Of a DNA stretch of 64,000 nucleotides, positions 39,233-48,093 are shown one piece after another (within the stretch, counting starts at the first letter, position 1; each line of letters begins with the position of its first letter). A model generated the notes under the pieces. That model was not told the origin of the DNA. It was given only the letters and a program-made list of their open reading frames with translations, and searched no databases. Both the position numbers and the translations under genes were made by a program. Origin of the DNA: Dehalococcoidia bacterium (GTDB lineage: Bacteria; Chloroflexota; Dehalococcoidia; DSTF01; JACRBR01); assembly GCA_035650575.1 (NCBI GenBank), contig DASRHM010000048.1, forward strand, positions 2,530 to 66,529, written 5' to 3'.

Positions 39233-40174
39233 GTGGGCAACCGACTGGAGGGCAAGGTCGCGATCGTGACCGGCGGCGGCCGCGGCATCGGCCGGGCGGA
39301 GTCGCTGGCGCTGGCGGCCGAAGGCGCGCGCGTCGTCGTCAACGACTTCGGCGGCACCGCCGCCGGCACGGGCGGCGAGCGCGGCCCGGCCGACGAGGTG
39401 GTCGAGGAGATCAAGAAGCTCGGCAGCGACGCCGTCGCGAACTACGACAACGTCGCCGACTTTGCCGCGGGCGACCGCATGGTCCAGCAGGCGATGGACT
39501 CGTTCGGCCGGCTCGACATCGTCATCAACAACGCCGGCATCCTCCGCGACAAGATGATCTTCAACATGTCGGAGGAGGAGTGGGACATCGTGCTCGCGGT
39601 GCACCTGAAGGGGCACTTCAACCTCAGCCGGCACGCGGCCGTGGTCTTCCGCCAGCAGCGCAGCGGCGTGTTCGTGAACACCGCGTCAGAGTCCGGGTTG
39701 GGGAACCGCGGACAGGGCAACTATGCCGCGGCGAAGGAAGGCATCATCGGCCTGACGCGCACGCTGGCGCGCGACATGGGCGGCTACGGCGTGCGTGCGA
39801 ACGCCATCCGGCCGCGCGCGGGGACGCGCCTCGTGATCAGCGACGAGATGCGCGCCGCCGCGGCGCGCGGCGGCGCGGCGGGCATGGGCCTGCAGGCGCT
39901 CGAGAACTTCGCGAAGCTCAACCCGCCGGAGGCCGTCGCGCCGTTCGTGGTGTGGCTCTGCACGGACGCGGCCGAGAACGTCAACGGCCGCGACTTCCTG
40001 GTGAGCGGGACGACCATCGGGCTGTACAGCCTGCCGGAGGTCATCGCGAAGGTCGACAACCCGAGCGGCGAGCTGTGGACGCTGGACCGGCTGGACCAGG
40101 AGATCCCGGAGAAGGTCACGAAGGGCCTGACGAACCAGTGGCCGCGCAAGGAAGAGAAGCCGGCGACCGCCTGA
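39233..40174 (+). CDS. SDR-family oxidoreductase with C-terminal extension
   Basis: TGGGRGIG Rossmann motif, NNAG, and YAAAK catalytic Tyr-x3-Lys. Confidence 0.85.
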   Translation: MGNRLEGKVAIVTGGGRGIGRAESLALAAEGARVVVNDFGGTAAGTGGERGPADEVVEEIKKLGSDAVANYDNVADFAAGDRMVQQAMDSFGRLDIVINNAGILRDKMIFNMSEEEWDIVLAVHLKGHFNLSRHAAVVFRQQRSGVFVNTASESGLGNRGQGNYAAAKEGIIGLTRTLARDMGGYGVRANAIRPRAGTRLVISDEMRAAAARGGAAGMGLQALENFAKLNPPEAVAPFVVWLCTDAAENVNGRDFLVSGTTIGLYSLPEVIAKVDNPSGELWTLDRLDQEIPEKVTKGLTNQWPRKEEKPATA

Positions 40175-40319
40175 GGCCGCTGCTCGCGGCACGGAGGACG
40201 CTCTAGGGGCCGGGCATCACGCCCGGCCCCTCGCGTTGCGCGCGAGAGCCGGCGAACGGCGCATGCCGGCCAGCGGCCGGCCACCGGCGATCTCCCCCGC
40301 CGAGGGCTACAATCGCCAC

Positions 40320-41282
40320 ATGCCCGCGCTCCGCTTCGAGACGCCGGAAGCGCTCCTGCTCCTCCCCCTCGTCGCCGCGGCGCTCCTCGCGTGGGCGCGT
40401 CTGCGCCTGCGGCCGGCCGTGCGCATCGGGTCGGCGTCGCTCGCGGCGGGACTGCCCGTCACGTGGCGCCAGCGCGCGCGCTACGCGCCGGCGTTGCTGC
40501 GGGCGCTCGCCGTCGCGTCGCTCGTCGTCGCGCTCGCCCGCCCGCAGTCCGGCACGGCGGCGACGCGGTCGTCGCAGCAGGGGATCGACATCGTGCTGGC
40601 GTTCGACGTGTCGTCGAGCATGTCGCAGCCGTTCGCGCGCGACCGCAGCCGGCTCGACGTCGCGGAGGACGTGCTCTCGCAGTTCGTGCGCTCGCGCCAG
40701 CGCGACCGCGTGGGGCTCGTCGCCTTCCAGGGCTCGAGCCTGACGATGAGCCCGCTGACCACCGACTACGCTGCCGTCGCCGAGGCCGTGCGCAACTCCG
40801 GGCAACTGCGGCTCAAGGACGGCACGGCGATCGGCGTCGCGATCGGGCAATCAGTGAACCTGCTGCGCGACTCCGATGCCGCGAGCCGGGCCGTCGTGCT
40901 GCTGACCGATGGCGAGAACAACGTGCGGACCATCGACCCGCTCGCGGCCGCGCGCCTCGCCGAGAGCCTGGGCGTGCGCGTGTACACCGTCGGCGTCGTC
41001 AGCCTGCCGCCGGAAAGCGCCGTCGAGCGCTCGCGCGTCGGCGTCGATGAGCAGGCGCTGAAGCAGATCGCCGAGGTGACGGGCGGCACGTACAGCCGCG
41101 CCGAGGACCCGCAGGGGCTGCGCGCGACCTACGACCGCATCGATGCGCTCGAGCGGTCGCGCTTGCCGGCCGGCGCCGGGCGCACCTGGCGCGAGATCGC
41201 GCCGTATGCGCTCGCGGCCGCGCTGGCGGCGCTCCTGCTCGAAGCGGGGCTGCGCGCGAGCGTGCTGCGGGGGCTGCCATGA
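40320..41282 (+). CDS. VWA-domain protein, BatA-like (two N-terminal TM helices)
   Basis: DIVLAFDVSSSM MIDAS. BatA-like topology. Start at MPALRFETPEALLL. Confidence 0.75.
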   Translation: MPALRFETPEALLLLPLVAAALLAWARLRLRPAVRIGSASLAAGLPVTWRQRARYAPALLRALAVASLVVALARPQSGTAATRSSQQGIDIVLAFDVSSSMSQPFARDRSRLDVAEDVLSQFVRSRQRDRVGLVAFQGSSLTMSPLTTDYAAVAEAVRNSGQLRLKDGTAIGVAIGQSVNLLRDSDAASRAVVLLTDGENNVRTIDPLAAARLAESLGVRVYTVGVVSLPPESAVERSRVGVDEQALKQIAEVTGGTYSRAEDPQGLRATYDRIDALERSRLPAGAGRTWREIAPYALAAALAALLLEAGLRASVLRGLP

Positions 41283-43003
41283 GCCTGGGCGCGCCGGGGT
41301 ACCTCATCATGCTGGCCACCGTCGGGGCGCTCGCCGGCGCGCTCTGGCTCGCCTTGCGGCGCGCCGGGCAGGCGGCGGACGCATTCGGGCGCGTGCGACG
41401 CCCGACGCGCGCGGCGTGGGCCGGGGCGGCGATGGTCATCGCCGGCGGCGCGCTCATCGTGCTGGCGGCGGCGCGGCCGCAGTCCGGCGACCGCGAGGCG
41501 CGTGGCCCGCGCACGGGCGTCGACCTCGTGGTGGCGGTCGATGTCTCGCAGAGCATGCTCGCGCAGGACGAGGACCCGTCGCGGCTCGCCGCCGCGCAGC
41601 AGCAGGTCTCGGCGCTGCTCGACCGGCTGCAGGGCGGCGGCACGCGCGTGGGCCTGGTGATGTTCGCCGGTCGCCCGTTCCCCCGCGCGCCGCTGACGAC
41701 GGACGTGCGCGCGGTGCAGTCGCTCCTCGCCGGCATCGGCGACGAGCGCGAGATCGTCCTCGCCGGCTCGGACGCAGGCGCCGCGGTCGATGCCTCGGCG
41801 CAGCTCCTCGCCAGCGGCCGCGATGGCGCGAAGTTCGTGCTACTCGTGACGGACGGCGAGGGTGAGGGCGGCGAGCTGCGCGCCGCGGCCGGGCGCGCCC
41901 GCGCCGCCGGCGTGCGCTTGTACGCCGCGGGCGCGGGGACGGAGGCCGGCGCGCCGGTGGTCGATATCGACGCGCGGTCGGGCGCCGTACGCCCGCGTTC
42001 CGGCGAGAACGGGCCGGTGATCACGCGCCTCGACTCCGCCGCGCTGCGCGATGCCGCATCGGCCGGCGGCGGGCGCTACGTCGCGCTGACCGACGGCACA
42101 CTGCCCTCGCTGGCGCCGGAGCTGCTGCGCTCGGGCGCGCGTCTGCCCGATGCCCCGCCCGGCCGCGCGCCGCGTGAGCTGCACCAGTGGTTCACGATCG
42201 CCGCGCTCCTGCTGGTCTTGACCGGCATTGCGCTGCCACTGCTCGACGACCGGGCGAGGCGCGCGCAGGGCGCGAAGGCGGTGCGGCGCCTCTGGCCGCT
42301 CGCGGCGGCCGGGCTCTTCGCCGGTGCGATCTGCGCGGGCGGCGTGGCGTCGCTCAACCGGGAAGGCAACCGCCGCTATGCCGCGGGCGACTACGCCGGC
42401 GCGCTCGATCGCTATCGCGCGGCGCTCGCGCTGGACGCCTCGCTCGCCGAGTTGCACCACAACGCGGCGAACGCGCTGGCCGGCGAGGGCGAATACGACC
42501 GCGCGGTCGAGGAGGCGCAGGCGGGCCTGCGCGACGCGCCCGATGCCATGCGCGCGCGGCTGGAGTACGAGATCGGCACGTACCAGGCGAGCGCAGGCCG
42601 CGTGCAGGACGCGGTCGAAGCCTACAAGCGCTCGCTGCTCGCCGACCCCGCCGACGCCGACGCGAAGCACAACCTCGAGGTGCTTTCGCAGCGCGCGCGG
42701 CCATCGCCGACGCCTTCGCCGCCGCCCGCCGAGGGCACGCCGTCGCAGGGCAGCGGCACGCCGTCCGGCGCCGAGCGCGGCACGCCCGCCACGGACGGCA
42801 CCCCCGGCGCCGGCGCAACCGCCGAAGCGACGCCCCAGCCGACCTCGCGCGAGGCGGAGCGCACGCTCGAGGAAGCGCTCGCGGGCATCGACCAGCAGTT
42901 CTCGCGGGAGGACGCGCTGCGGGTGCTCGACCTGCTGCAGGAGGCGGACCGCGCGGCGCTGCGCGAGGACGCCGCGCGCGGGATCGGCCAGCCAGCGCCG
43001 TAG
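41279..43003 (+). CDS. VWA + TPR-repeat protein (BatB/BatC-like fusion) with Pro/Ser/Thr-rich C-terminal region
   Basis: VAVDVSQSM MIDAS, a TM helix, TPR-like region (YAGALDRYRAALALD...) and a C-terminal low-complexity tail. 4-nt overlap with the upstream gene. Confidence 0.75.
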   Translation: MSLGAPGYLIMLATVGALAGALWLALRRAGQAADAFGRVRRPTRAAWAGAAMVIAGGALIVLAAARPQSGDREARGPRTGVDLVVAVDVSQSMLAQDEDPSRLAAAQQQVSALLDRLQGGGTRVGLVMFAGRPFPRAPLTTDVRAVQSLLAGIGDEREIVLAGSDAGAAVDASAQLLASGRDGAKFVLLVTDGEGEGGELRAAAGRARAAGVRLYAAGAGTEAGAPVVDIDARSGAVRPRSGENGPVITRLDSAALRDAASAGGGRYVALTDGTLPSLAPELLRSGARLPDAPPGRAPRELHQWFTIAALLLVLTGIALPLLDDRARRAQGAKAVRRLWPLAAAGLFAGAICAGGVASLNREGNRRYAAGDYAGALDRYRAALALDASLAELHHNAANALAGEGEYDRAVEEAQAGLRDAPDAMRARLEYEIGTYQASAGRVQDAVEAYKRSLLADPADADAKHNLEVLSQRARPSPTPSPPPAEGTPSQGSGTPSGAERGTPATDGTPGAGATAEATPQPTSREAERTLEEALAGIDQQFSREDALRVLDLLQEADRAALREDAARGIGQPAP

Positions 43004-43096
43004 GAGGGACGAGAGGACGGGCGGTGAGTGACGGGGCATCACGGATGCCGTCATCTCCTCGGCCGTCGTTCCGCCGATGCTAGAATGCAGCGCCGC

Positions 43097-43188
43097 GGAG
43101 GGGTCGCATAGTGGCCTAGTGCGGGCGCCTGCTAAGCGCTTATCTCGGGAAACCGGGATCGAGGGTTCGAATCCCTCCCCCTCCGCCA
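43097..43188 (+). tRNA. tRNA-Ser (anticodon GCT)
   Basis: Cloverleaf by hand. Acceptor GGAGGGG/CCCCTCC. Anticodon stem GGCGC/GCGCT with loop CTGCTAA. Long variable arm. T-arm GAGGG-TTCGAAT-CCCTC. G73 and encoded CCA. Confidence 0.85.
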
Positions 43189-43193
43189 TTCTC

Positions 43194-43493
43194 ATGTCCA
43201 TCATCACGCGCATCGTCGACTTCCTGCGCGGCCCGTCCGATGACGGGCGGCCGCCGCGTCTGCCCTCGCCCGACGCGCTGACGTTACTGACGCGCCCCAA
43301 CGGCGAGCCGGAGGCGGTCCTGCTCCGCAGCATCCTCGAGCAGCAGGGCGTCCACTCGATGATCCGCAACCGCGACGCGGCGACGGCTCAGTCGGGCGCG
43401 CTCGGCCCGCCCTGGGCCTACGAGCTGTGGGTGCTGCGCAAGGACCTGAAGCGCGCGCGAGAGGCGCTCGAGATCGACGACGAGGCCGAATGA
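43194..43493 (+). CDS. DUF2007-like (putative signal-transducing) small protein
   Basis: 99 aa. 'LLRSILEQQGVHSMIRN...PWAYELWVLRKDLKRAREAL' fits the DUF2007 pattern. Starts 5 nt after the tRNA. No obvious SD. Confidence 0.4.
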   Translation: MSIITRIVDFLRGPSDDGRPPRLPSPDALTLLTRPNGEPEAVLLRSILEQQGVHSMIRNRDAATAQSGALGPPWAYELWVLRKDLKRAREALEIDDEAE

Positions 43494-43705
43494 AGCGCCT
43501 CCTGCGCGCGAGCCGGCGATTCATGGGCGGACCGGCGGTGCGCGCCGAAGACGATGCCGCCGGCCGGGCCGGAGAGCATCGTCGACGCGTAGATCCGCGG
43601 GGAATGCGCGTGCTGTCGCGGGACGATGAGCGCGCGTGGAGCGTGCTCGGCCGCGGCGACGAGCGCCCCACGCGCTCCTGAGGCGCCGAGACGAAGGGAG
43701 CAGCG

Positions 43706-44590
43706 ATGGACATCCACGGCGAGACGTTCGGCGGCGCCTTCCCCTGGCGGTCGAGCTATATCGATGTCGGCGGCGGCGCGCGCATGGCCTGCATCGACGA
43801 GGGGCGCGGGGAGCCGGTCGTGATGCTCCACGGCAACCCGACCTGGAGCTTCCTGTACCGGAAGTTCATCGCCGCGCTGGCACCGCGATACCGCGCGGTC
43901 GCGGTCGACCACCTCGGCTTCGGGCGGTCCGACAAGCCACTCGACGCGACCTACACGCTGGAGGCGCACAGCGAACGGCTCGGGCGCGTGCTCGATGCGC
44001 TGGGCCTGCGCGACATTACGCTCGTGATGCAGGACTGGGGCGGGCCCATCGGACTCGGTTGGGCGGTCGAGCATGTGGATCGCGTGAAGCGGCTCGTCAT
44101 CATGAACACCTGGGCGTTCCGCGTCGCCGGCGGCACGCAACTCTTCCCGTTGCTCGAGCTGTTCCGCCAGCCGGTGGTAGGGCAGGCGATGGTGCAGGGG
44201 CTGAACCTGTTCGTCGAGGGCTTCCTGCCGGCGGGCATCGCGCGCAAGGAGCTGCTGCCGGAGATCATGCCGGCGTACCGGGCGCCGTTCCCGGACTACA
44301 ACAGCCGCATCGCGACCTGGCGCTTCCCCAACGACATTCCCGTCGGCGACGGCCATCCGTCGACGCCGGCGATGGGCCGCATCCAGGACCGCCTGGGTGT
44401 GCTCCAGGTCCCCACGCTGATCGTCTGAGGCATGCGCGACCCGGCGATACCGCCGCCCGTGCTGCAGGCGTGGCGCGCCGTCTACCCGCACGCGGAGGCG
44501 CACGAGATCGAAGCCGCCAGCCACTTCCTCCAGGAGGACGCGCCGGACGAGATCCTCGCTCGCCTCGCGCCCTTTCTCGCCCGCACGTAG
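43706..44590 (+). pseudogene. haloalkane-dehalogenase-like alpha/beta hydrolase interrupted by an in-frame TGA (44426-44428) at the conserved Trp position
   Basis: N-terminal 240 aa carry HGNPTWSFLYR and MQDWGGPIGLGWA. After the TGA the same frame continues GMRDPAIPP...ASHFLQEDAPDEI...*, which is the dehalogenase C-terminus with the catalytic His. Confidence 0.7.
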
Positions 44591-44834
44591 GCGTATCCCG
44601 ATATACGGCGCGTCGCCCCGGCGGCGGTCCGCATCGCGCGCCGCCGGAGGACGCCGGGTGGCGCCCCTATCCGCGCCGGCGCCGGCCCGGCTCCGCCCGG
44701 GGTGACGCCCCGGTGTTTCCCGATGCTCCCTACGGAAATTAGGGGCGCTCCCCTACGCCTCCTGAGGGAAAACCCTTATGTGCAGCCTCGCCGCCCGCCC
44801 TGATAATCCGCCCACGTTCGCAGGGAGGTGAGCG

Positions 44835-45077
44835 ATGGAATCGATGGCGACGGCGGCTTGCGTGCACCACTGGGTGCTCGGCACTCCGGAGGACGAGGTG
44901 GTCCGCGGGCGCTGCAAGCGGTGCGGCATGGAGCGCGAGTACCCGGCGTCGCTGGACTTCAGCGGCCCGGCGACGATCGTCGATGAGGTCGCCCGGCCGG
45001 TCAGCCGCCCCGTGCGGCTCGTGCCGGACCGGGAGCCGGGCACCGTTGTCGCCGCAGGATCGGGCGTGGTAGGGTAG
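44835..45077 (+). CDS. small zinc-ribbon protein (CxxHH...CxxC), hypothetical
   Basis: GGGAGGTGA SD lies 5 nt before the ATG. 80 aa. Motifs CVHHW...CKRCG. Confidence 0.55.
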   Translation: MESMATAACVHHWVLGTPEDEVVRGRCKRCGMEREYPASLDFSGPATIVDEVARPVSRPVRLVPDREPGTVVAAGSGVVG

Positions 45078-45098
45078 CGCGCCGCTCCCTTAGGAAAC

Positions 45099-45125
45099 CC
45101 CTAAGGGTTTGTGAATCAGTGCAAG
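45099..45125. terminator. hairpin + T-tract terminator candidate
   Basis: CCCTTAGG-aaacc-CCTAAGGG followed by TTTG, 22 nt after the stop at 45077. Confidence 0.5.
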
Positions 45126-45166
45126 GACCGGCGCCCGGCGCCGCATGAGACATAAAGGGGGACACG

Positions 45167-45898
45167 ATGACGAACGGAATGGCGCCCCGTGCGCACGCGA
45201 GCCGCATCAAGGTGCTGATCGTCGATGACCACGCCGTGCTGCGCCAGGCCCTGAAGATGCTGCTCGAGAACCAGCACGAGGTCGAGGTCGTCGGCGACGC
45301 CGGCAACGGGCGGGAGGCGCTCGACGCCGTCGAGAAGCTGCACCCGGACGTCGTGCTGATGGACATGGTGATGCCGGGCCTGAACGGGCTGGAGGCGACG
45401 CGCCAGATCCGCCGCCGCTCGCCGAAGACGAAGGTGCTGATCCTCACGGGGTACATGGAGGACGAGCAGATCTTGGCGGCGCTGCGTGCCGGCGCCAGCG
45501 GCTATGTCGTCAAGAAGTCGGACGTCCAGGAGCTCCTGCTCGGCATCCAGTCGGTGCACCGCGGCAACACATACTTCAGCTCCGCGATCAGCGATGGCGA
45601 CGCCGTGCAGGACTACCTCTGGCAGGCGAAGAAGCCGGAGTCGAAGTCGGGCTATGACCTGTTGACGAGCCGCGAGCGCGAGGTGCTGCAGCTCATCGCC
45701 GAGGGCTACTCGAACCAGCGGATCGCGCAGGAGCTGTTCATCAGCGTGAAGACGGTGGAGGCGCACAAGGCGCACATCATGTCGAAGCTGCACGCGCAGA
45801 ACCGCACGGACCTGATCCGCTACGCCATCCGCAAGGGGATCGTCGGGCTGGAGAGCGGGCCGGACCTGGACAGCGGCAGCGAACAGGCGGTCGGCTGA
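45167..45898 (+). CDS. NarL/LuxR-family response regulator (orphan, no adjacent kinase)
   Basis: Receiver (VLIVDDH...D...VLMDMVMP) plus LuxR HTH (LTSREREVLQLIAEGYSNQRIAQELFISVKTVEAHK). AAAGGGGGA SD. Confidence 0.88.
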   Translation: MTNGMAPRAHASRIKVLIVDDHAVLRQALKMLLENQHEVEVVGDAGNGREALDAVEKLHPDVVLMDMVMPGLNGLEATRQIRRRSPKTKVLILTGYMEDEQILAALRAGASGYVVKKSDVQELLLGIQSVHRGNTYFSSAISDGDAVQDYLWQAKKPESKSGYDLLTSREREVLQLIAEGYSNQRIAQELFISVKTVEAHKAHIMSKLHAQNRTDLIRYAIRKGIVGLESGPDLDSGSEQAVG

Positions 45899-46188
45899 TG
45901 GCGCGCGCGCAGACATCGCGGACGAGGAAGCTGAGCGCGCTGATCCCGGAGATCACGCGGGCGCGGCCCGAAGAGCTGCGCGATGGCTACCTGAACCGGC
46001 TGCGGCGCCTGCTGCGGCTGCGCCGGGACCACTTCGATGAGCTGAACGAGCAGGGGCTGCGCCTGCTCGACCGGTCGATCTTCGCGGCCTACTGCGACTG
46101 CCTCGACATCGGCCAGGGCGAGGCGGCGAGGGCGGTGCTCAAGGATGTGCGGCTCACGCTCTCGCTCTCGAACCGTAAGCGGGCGTAG
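45898..46188 (+). CDS. small hypothetical protein translationally coupled to the response regulator
   Basis: ATGA overlap with the RR stop. 96 aa, basic, helical (LNRLRRLLRLRRDHFDELNEQGLRLL). Confidence 0.4.
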   Translation: MARAQTSRTRKLSALIPEITRARPEELRDGYLNRLRRLLRLRRDHFDELNEQGLRLLDRSIFAAYCDCLDIGQGEAARAVLKDVRLTLSLSNRKRA

Positions 46189-46212
46189 CTGCCGCGACAG
46201 TGGAGCATGGAA

Positions 46213-46240
46213 GATGGAGGACGGAGACGTCCTCCATCTG
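46213..46240. terminator. hairpin between convergent genes
   Basis: GATGGAGGACG-gaga-CGTCCTCCATC (11-bp perfect stem). Confidence 0.45.
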
Positions 46241-46249
46241 TGTTCTGGG

Positions 46250-46531
46250 TCACCCGGCCGCCGGCGCGCAACGCTCGCATGCCTTCGCCGCCGATCCGAA
46301 TTCGCGCCGCGCCCAGGCCTGGAGCGCGTCCGTGGTCTCCGCGCAGACCTTTACGTAGTCGCGCGTCCAATACGTGCCGCGCGTGGGCCTGCCGCGGATG
46401 GTCGTGCACTGCGCAGCGTGCAGCACCAGGTAGCTCGCGGACGCCGGACGCGTGCTGTTGATGACGAATCCGTGCGGGTGCCGGTCGAGCCAGCCCAAAT
46501 ATTCGTCGTCGTCGTCCTCGAAGATCACCAT
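46250..46531 (-). CDS. hypothetical protein (93 aa)
   Basis: MVIFEDDDDEYLGWLDRHPHGFVINS...YWTRDYVKVCAET. GC3-biased. No family recognised. Confidence 0.4.
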   Translation of the reverse strand: MVIFEDDDDEYLGWLDRHPHGFVINSTRPASASYLVLHAAQCTTIRGRPTRGTYWTRDYVKVCAETTDALQAWARREFGSAAKACERCAPAAG

Positions 46532-46540
46532 GCGCGGACC

Positions 46541-46918
46541 CTACGCCTGCATGCCCCCCTGGAGCAACACGCCGTTGTGGATCAGGAAGCTGCGGACGGT
46601 GTTCCCCCACTTCGCCTTGCGGATGCGCGAGCCTTCCACCCTCGCCTGCCACTCGTCGATCAGCGCCGCGTAGCGGGCGCGGCCCTTCGTGCGGATGCGC
46701 TTCTCGCCGTCCTTGACCATGGTCGTTTCCTTGATGATCTGGTCGGGGTCGCGTCCGACGTGGCGGCAGAAGGCCTCGAGGATCGGCAGCCGCTCGGGGT
46801 CGTCGGTCGCCGGGTCGCCGCCCCAGTGCTGGCGCAGGCCGTCGAGCCAGGACTGCACGCTCTGGTACTCGAGCAGCGGGCGCAGCTCGAGCGGCGACGT
46901 CTGCGCATGGTCCGTCAT
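46541..46918 (-). CDS. hypothetical protein (125 aa)
   Basis: GC3-biased ORF 9 nt upstream of the 93-aa gene (operon). No family recognised. Confidence 0.4.
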   Translation of the reverse strand: MTDHAQTSPLELRPLLEYQSVQSWLDGLRQHWGGDPATDDPERLPILEAFCRHVGRDPDQIIKETTMVKDGEKRIRTKGRARYAALIDEWQARVEGSRIRKAKWGNTVRSFLIHNGVLLQGGMQA

Positions 46919-47085
46919 CCGTGGTCCTTTCGCGTCTCGCGCCGTGTCTGGCTGGTGAGGCCTGCGGGCGGCCGCGCCGAGAATGACGCGGCTCTATCGC
47001 GTCCAGCTTCCAGCGCCCGGCGTTGAGATCGGCGCCGCCGGCTGGTATCGCACGAGTCGTCCCGCCCGCGCCATCGCCGGCGCGA

Positions 47086-47874
47086 TCACATCGGCAGGCC
47101 GTACTTCTCGGCGAGGCGCTTGATCTCGGCGATGCGCTCGGGGTCGTTGGGCTTCGCCGGCTCCTGGATCATCTTCGCCTGCTTCAGCTCCTCGACGACC
47201 TTCGGGTCGCGCTTGAACGGCTTGCCGTACTCGCCTTCGAAGTACAGCTCCTCGAACGGCGGCCGCGGGCGCTGGCCTCCGGCGTCCCACGATTCGGCCG
47301 GGTAGCCCACGAGGATCGTCGAGAGCGGGATCCACTCGTCGGGCGTCTTGAACACTTCCTTGAGCACCGCGCCGTTCAGCGTGACGAGCCCGACCCCCAG
47401 GCCCTCATCGACCCCCGTCAGCAGCGCCTGGCACATCGCCACGCCGACGTCCATCGTCGAAGCGATCGGGTAGCCGGGGCTCTGCGTCATGGGCTTGAGG
47501 ATCTGCGGATAGACGAACTCGTCGACGAACTTGTGGCTCCAGCCGTGGGTGGGCGCCAGCGCGCCGACGTCGACGAGCTCCTTGAGCCGCGACCCCTGGA
47601 TCTTGTTGACGATGCTCAGGTCGTTGAAGAAGTGGATGTGCACCGGCGCCAGCTCGGTGTTGAGCGCGGCGACGGGCGTCTTGAGGCGCTTGAGCTGGTC
47701 CTCCGTCAGGTCGTCGCGGAAGCCGACGATGGCGCGCGCCCAGTGCGCGTTCACCGCGCACGACGCCAGTCGCGCCGCCTCGAGCATTTTCTGGATCTTC
47801 TCGCGCTCGACCGGACGGTCGGGGTCGAAGAATCGGATCGAGCGGCGCCGGCCGATGACTTCCTTGAATTCCAT
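47086..47874 (-). CDS. nitroreductase-family protein
   Basis: IGRRRSIRFF N-terminal motif. 262 aa. Confidence 0.7.
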   Translation of the reverse strand: MEFKEVIGRRRSIRFFDPDRPVEREKIQKMLEAARLASCAVNAHWARAIVGFRDDLTEDQLKRLKTPVAALNTELAPVHIHFFNDLSIVNKIQGSRLKELVDVGALAPTHGWSHKFVDEFVYPQILKPMTQSPGYPIASTMDVGVAMCQALLTGVDEGLGVGLVTLNGAVLKEVFKTPDEWIPLSTILVGYPAESWDAGGQRPRPPFEELYFEGEYGKPFKRDPKVVEELKQAKMIQEPAKPNDPERIAEIKRLAEKYGLPM

Positions 47875-48093
47875 GCTGGCCTCCGGAATGCATCTCGCGC
47901 GGTCGCTGAATTGTGTGGCGGGCAGGGGTAGAGATCAACGCGCTGCGCCCGCCGCCGCAGGCTCACCGCACGGAGCGATGCTCGCGCGCGGCGCCGCGCA
48001 AGGACCGGGAGCGCGTGCCGCCCGTGGTTCTTGGCTCTGGGTTCTACGTCCGCTGTTGGCTACCGTATCGCGGAGACGCAGGGGAGGGGCGCC

